Source: Eledone cirrhosa
Lineage: Eukaryota
DNA: 64,000 bases
NCBI GenBank assembly: GCA_964016885.1
Contig: OZ024743.1
Span: forward strand, 215,450,001 to 215,514,000
Reading direction: 5' to 3'
The notes under the pieces are model-generated. The model was not told the origin of the DNA, did not search any database, and worked only from the letters and a program-made list of their open reading frames with translations. This document shows positions 61,788-64,000 of the stretch, one piece after another. How positions within the stretch are numbered: position 1 is the first letter of the stretch; every line of letters starts with the position of its first letter. The translations under genes were made by a program, and so were the position numbers.

Positions 61788-63120
61788 CTAGGGCGGGTAA
61801 AGTTCCCGAGATCCATGGACGAGTTCTCTCCGGCGGTCTCTGTCCCTCATTATCGCTGCCATGTCCTGCGTCTCAAACAGACCAGTGTCTGTCCCCAGGG
61901 CACCAACACACGCCCCCCCCCCCTCGGTGAGTCCATGCAGGGGCTCCCACAGGAGCACTGAGTGCAATGTCAACTCTGGATGTCGGTGAGCATGTCCAGC
62001 TAACCCCAGTCTCCTATGTGCTACCTCTGAGCCGACATTTGGGAGGCTCCCATACAGTTCTGAGCTTTTCATCCTCAGTGTATACTGATTAATATTCAGA
62101 GCCATCCTCAGGACTCTAGTGTAGCACCCAGCCGCCATCCGAGTGAGCCCCCCGGCCAGTGTCCAATTCCTAGACCCGCAAAGCAGCACAAACCCCATCA
62201 CAGCAACGAAGAGGCGGACCTTAAGGTCTTCACGAAGCTCTGACTTCCACACCGATCTCAAGCTGCGGCAAGCCGCCCAGGCTTTGCTCTTCCTCTCAAC
62301 CACATCATCTTCCGTATTCCCAATCTTTGCTTCCAACATATAGGAAGCGCTCAATCAATTCTAGCGGGTTCCTGCCTACATTAGTGATCCCCTCTGGCAT
62401 CTCAACATTCTCTACCAGATATTTTGTTTAGTCTTATTCATTCTCAGCCCCACACTCATTGACACAGTCTCAACATCCTGCATCAAATCCTCTGCCTCCT
62501 TCACTGTATTTGTCACCAAAACTATGTCGTCGGCAAATTCAGCATCTGATACCTTTTTCGCCTTAACTCTCCTCCTCTGAGCCGGTGCTACAGTAAAGCC
62601 AGAGTACTGGTGTTTCTCCAGTGCATGTCGCATACAATAGTCCTCTACGATGATAAAAAGGTAGGGAGCCAATGTATCTCCCTGGAGCACTCCAGCCAGT
62701 ATCTCAAAGAACTCTGTCATCCCATCAGGCGTAATGACTTGGGATTTGGTGTTGGTGTAGAGCAGTGATATCAGGTCCACTATCTTCTTGGGGATTCCAT
62801 AAGCCTGTACGATCTTCATCAGGCAGTGACTGTCCACAGAATCAAAGGCCTTCTTAAAGTCAATGAAAACCATGACCGCAGGAAGGCTGTTTGCTCTAGC
62901 TCCCTCTAATATCCTCCTCAGCATCAGGATGTGACTGGTGGCTGATCGTCCCCCTCTGAAGCCGTTCTGGTTGTCACTGAGCTTCTTCTGCATTTCAGGA
63001 TGGATCCTGTTAAAAATCATCCTGTTGAGTGTCTTTGCCTCAAATGACCTCAGTGTGATCCCCCTGTAGTTGATGGTGTTAGAGAGATCTCCCTTCTTTG
63101 GCATGCGTATGACATTAAAC
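61788..63120 (-). mobile_element. RTE-clade LINE, RT and C-terminal part (frameshifted)
   Basis: PKKGDLS..NYRGITL, QNGFRGGRS, FIDFKKAFDS, GVLQGDTLAPYLF, FADDI, LYG..W.L, RRL.LAGH. Confidence 0.9.
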
Positions 63121-63124
63121 TACA

Positions 63125-64000
63125 TCCAGTAGCAACGCTCCAGTTCGGGAGTTCAGGAGCTGTGGGGAATATGGAGTTACCCCCTAGTTGTCATAACTCC
63201 CAGGTCTGCTCTGGCCCGGAGAAGTGTTACCTGTTAGGGCTCCGTTTATGGGTTAAATAACTACCTTATTCGAGTGGCGCCGGTAAGGTATTGTCAGCCA
63301 TTGAAAAGAAATATGGAGAGTCTATCTAACAGCACTAGGGTTAGAGCCCTTAATTACACTGTCAAGGAGCAGTCCCTGTCGTTATGACTCTGCTGGCTTA
63401 GAGCCACAGAGAGGGCCAGTGGATGATGAATCAGCTGTCTCTGAGACAAATATAAAGAAAGCAATTTGTCCTGCAGAAGCGCCATCAAAATGGGCACTTT
63501 GAATGTGAGGACTATTCGGACGCTGGAGAAGAGAGAGGTGTTGGGACATCTGTTCGAGGAAAGTGGTATACAGATAGTTGCGTTCCAAGAACACAGGATC
63601 CTACACGATGAGCCCGTGAGGAGTGTGATGATTGGGAAGAGGAGCCAGGTCATCACCACATCGGAAGTGAGGAACATGATCGGTGCTGCAGTGGGGGGAG
63701 TGGGTTTTGTTTTCAGCACAAAAAACAGTCTATTGGTGAGGGAAATAATGCCTATCTCCCCGCGAGTGTTGAGGGTGATCTTGAATGGAAGCCCAAGATA
63801 GACAGACAGTCATCTCAGCCTATAGTCCAACCGAGGGGGACTGTGATGTGAGTGCGGAAGAGTTCCATGAGGAAGTGTGTAGAGCTGTCAACACCATTCA
63901 GGCACACAACATCCTGCTTGTTTTGTGGGATTTCAATGCACATCCGAGTAAGGAGGGCAGTGAAGATGCTTGATGGTACTTCCATAACAATACCAACTGA
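63125..64000 (+). mobile_element. RTE-clade LINE 5' UTR + APE, opposite orientation
   Basis: IKMGTLNVRTI, VAFQEHR, GGVGF, VISAYSPT, WDFNAH. Confidence 0.85.

Noticed and set aside
63190-63230. Twister ribozyme ('taactcc...gcccgg')
   Set aside because: It lacks the L4 CCC/AAGC loop and the 3' GAGGG pseudoknot partner in the right arrangement.

Overview
AT-rich eukaryotic, intergenic/intronic-type DNA with no recognisable host gene. It is probably a mollusc/cephalopod genome, inferred only from the SINE/LINE types and the (TA)n density. The window is a nest of retroelements sitting in (TA)n microsatellites: one intact-ORF Penelope-like element (PLE; RT + GIY-YIG, probably Hydra-type) and five PLE remnants, a decayed Tx1/L1 LINE, a CR1-group LINE, RTE LINEs, tRNA-derived SINEs and a probable non-autonomous Helitron/Helentron. 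The main hidden signal is about 20 hammerhead-ribozyme (HHR) folds read by eye in short TA-flanked, usually fold-back elements. They include a 311-bp tandem HHR dimer (retrozyme-like), three unrelated families with a compensatory U3:A8 core (UUGANAA), U4A/U4C core variants, HHRs with very long stem II inserts, and a near-perfect 773-bp palindrome with an HHR on each strand. All folds were derived manually and are untested. Almost all short ORFs in the supplied track are microsatellite artefacts.
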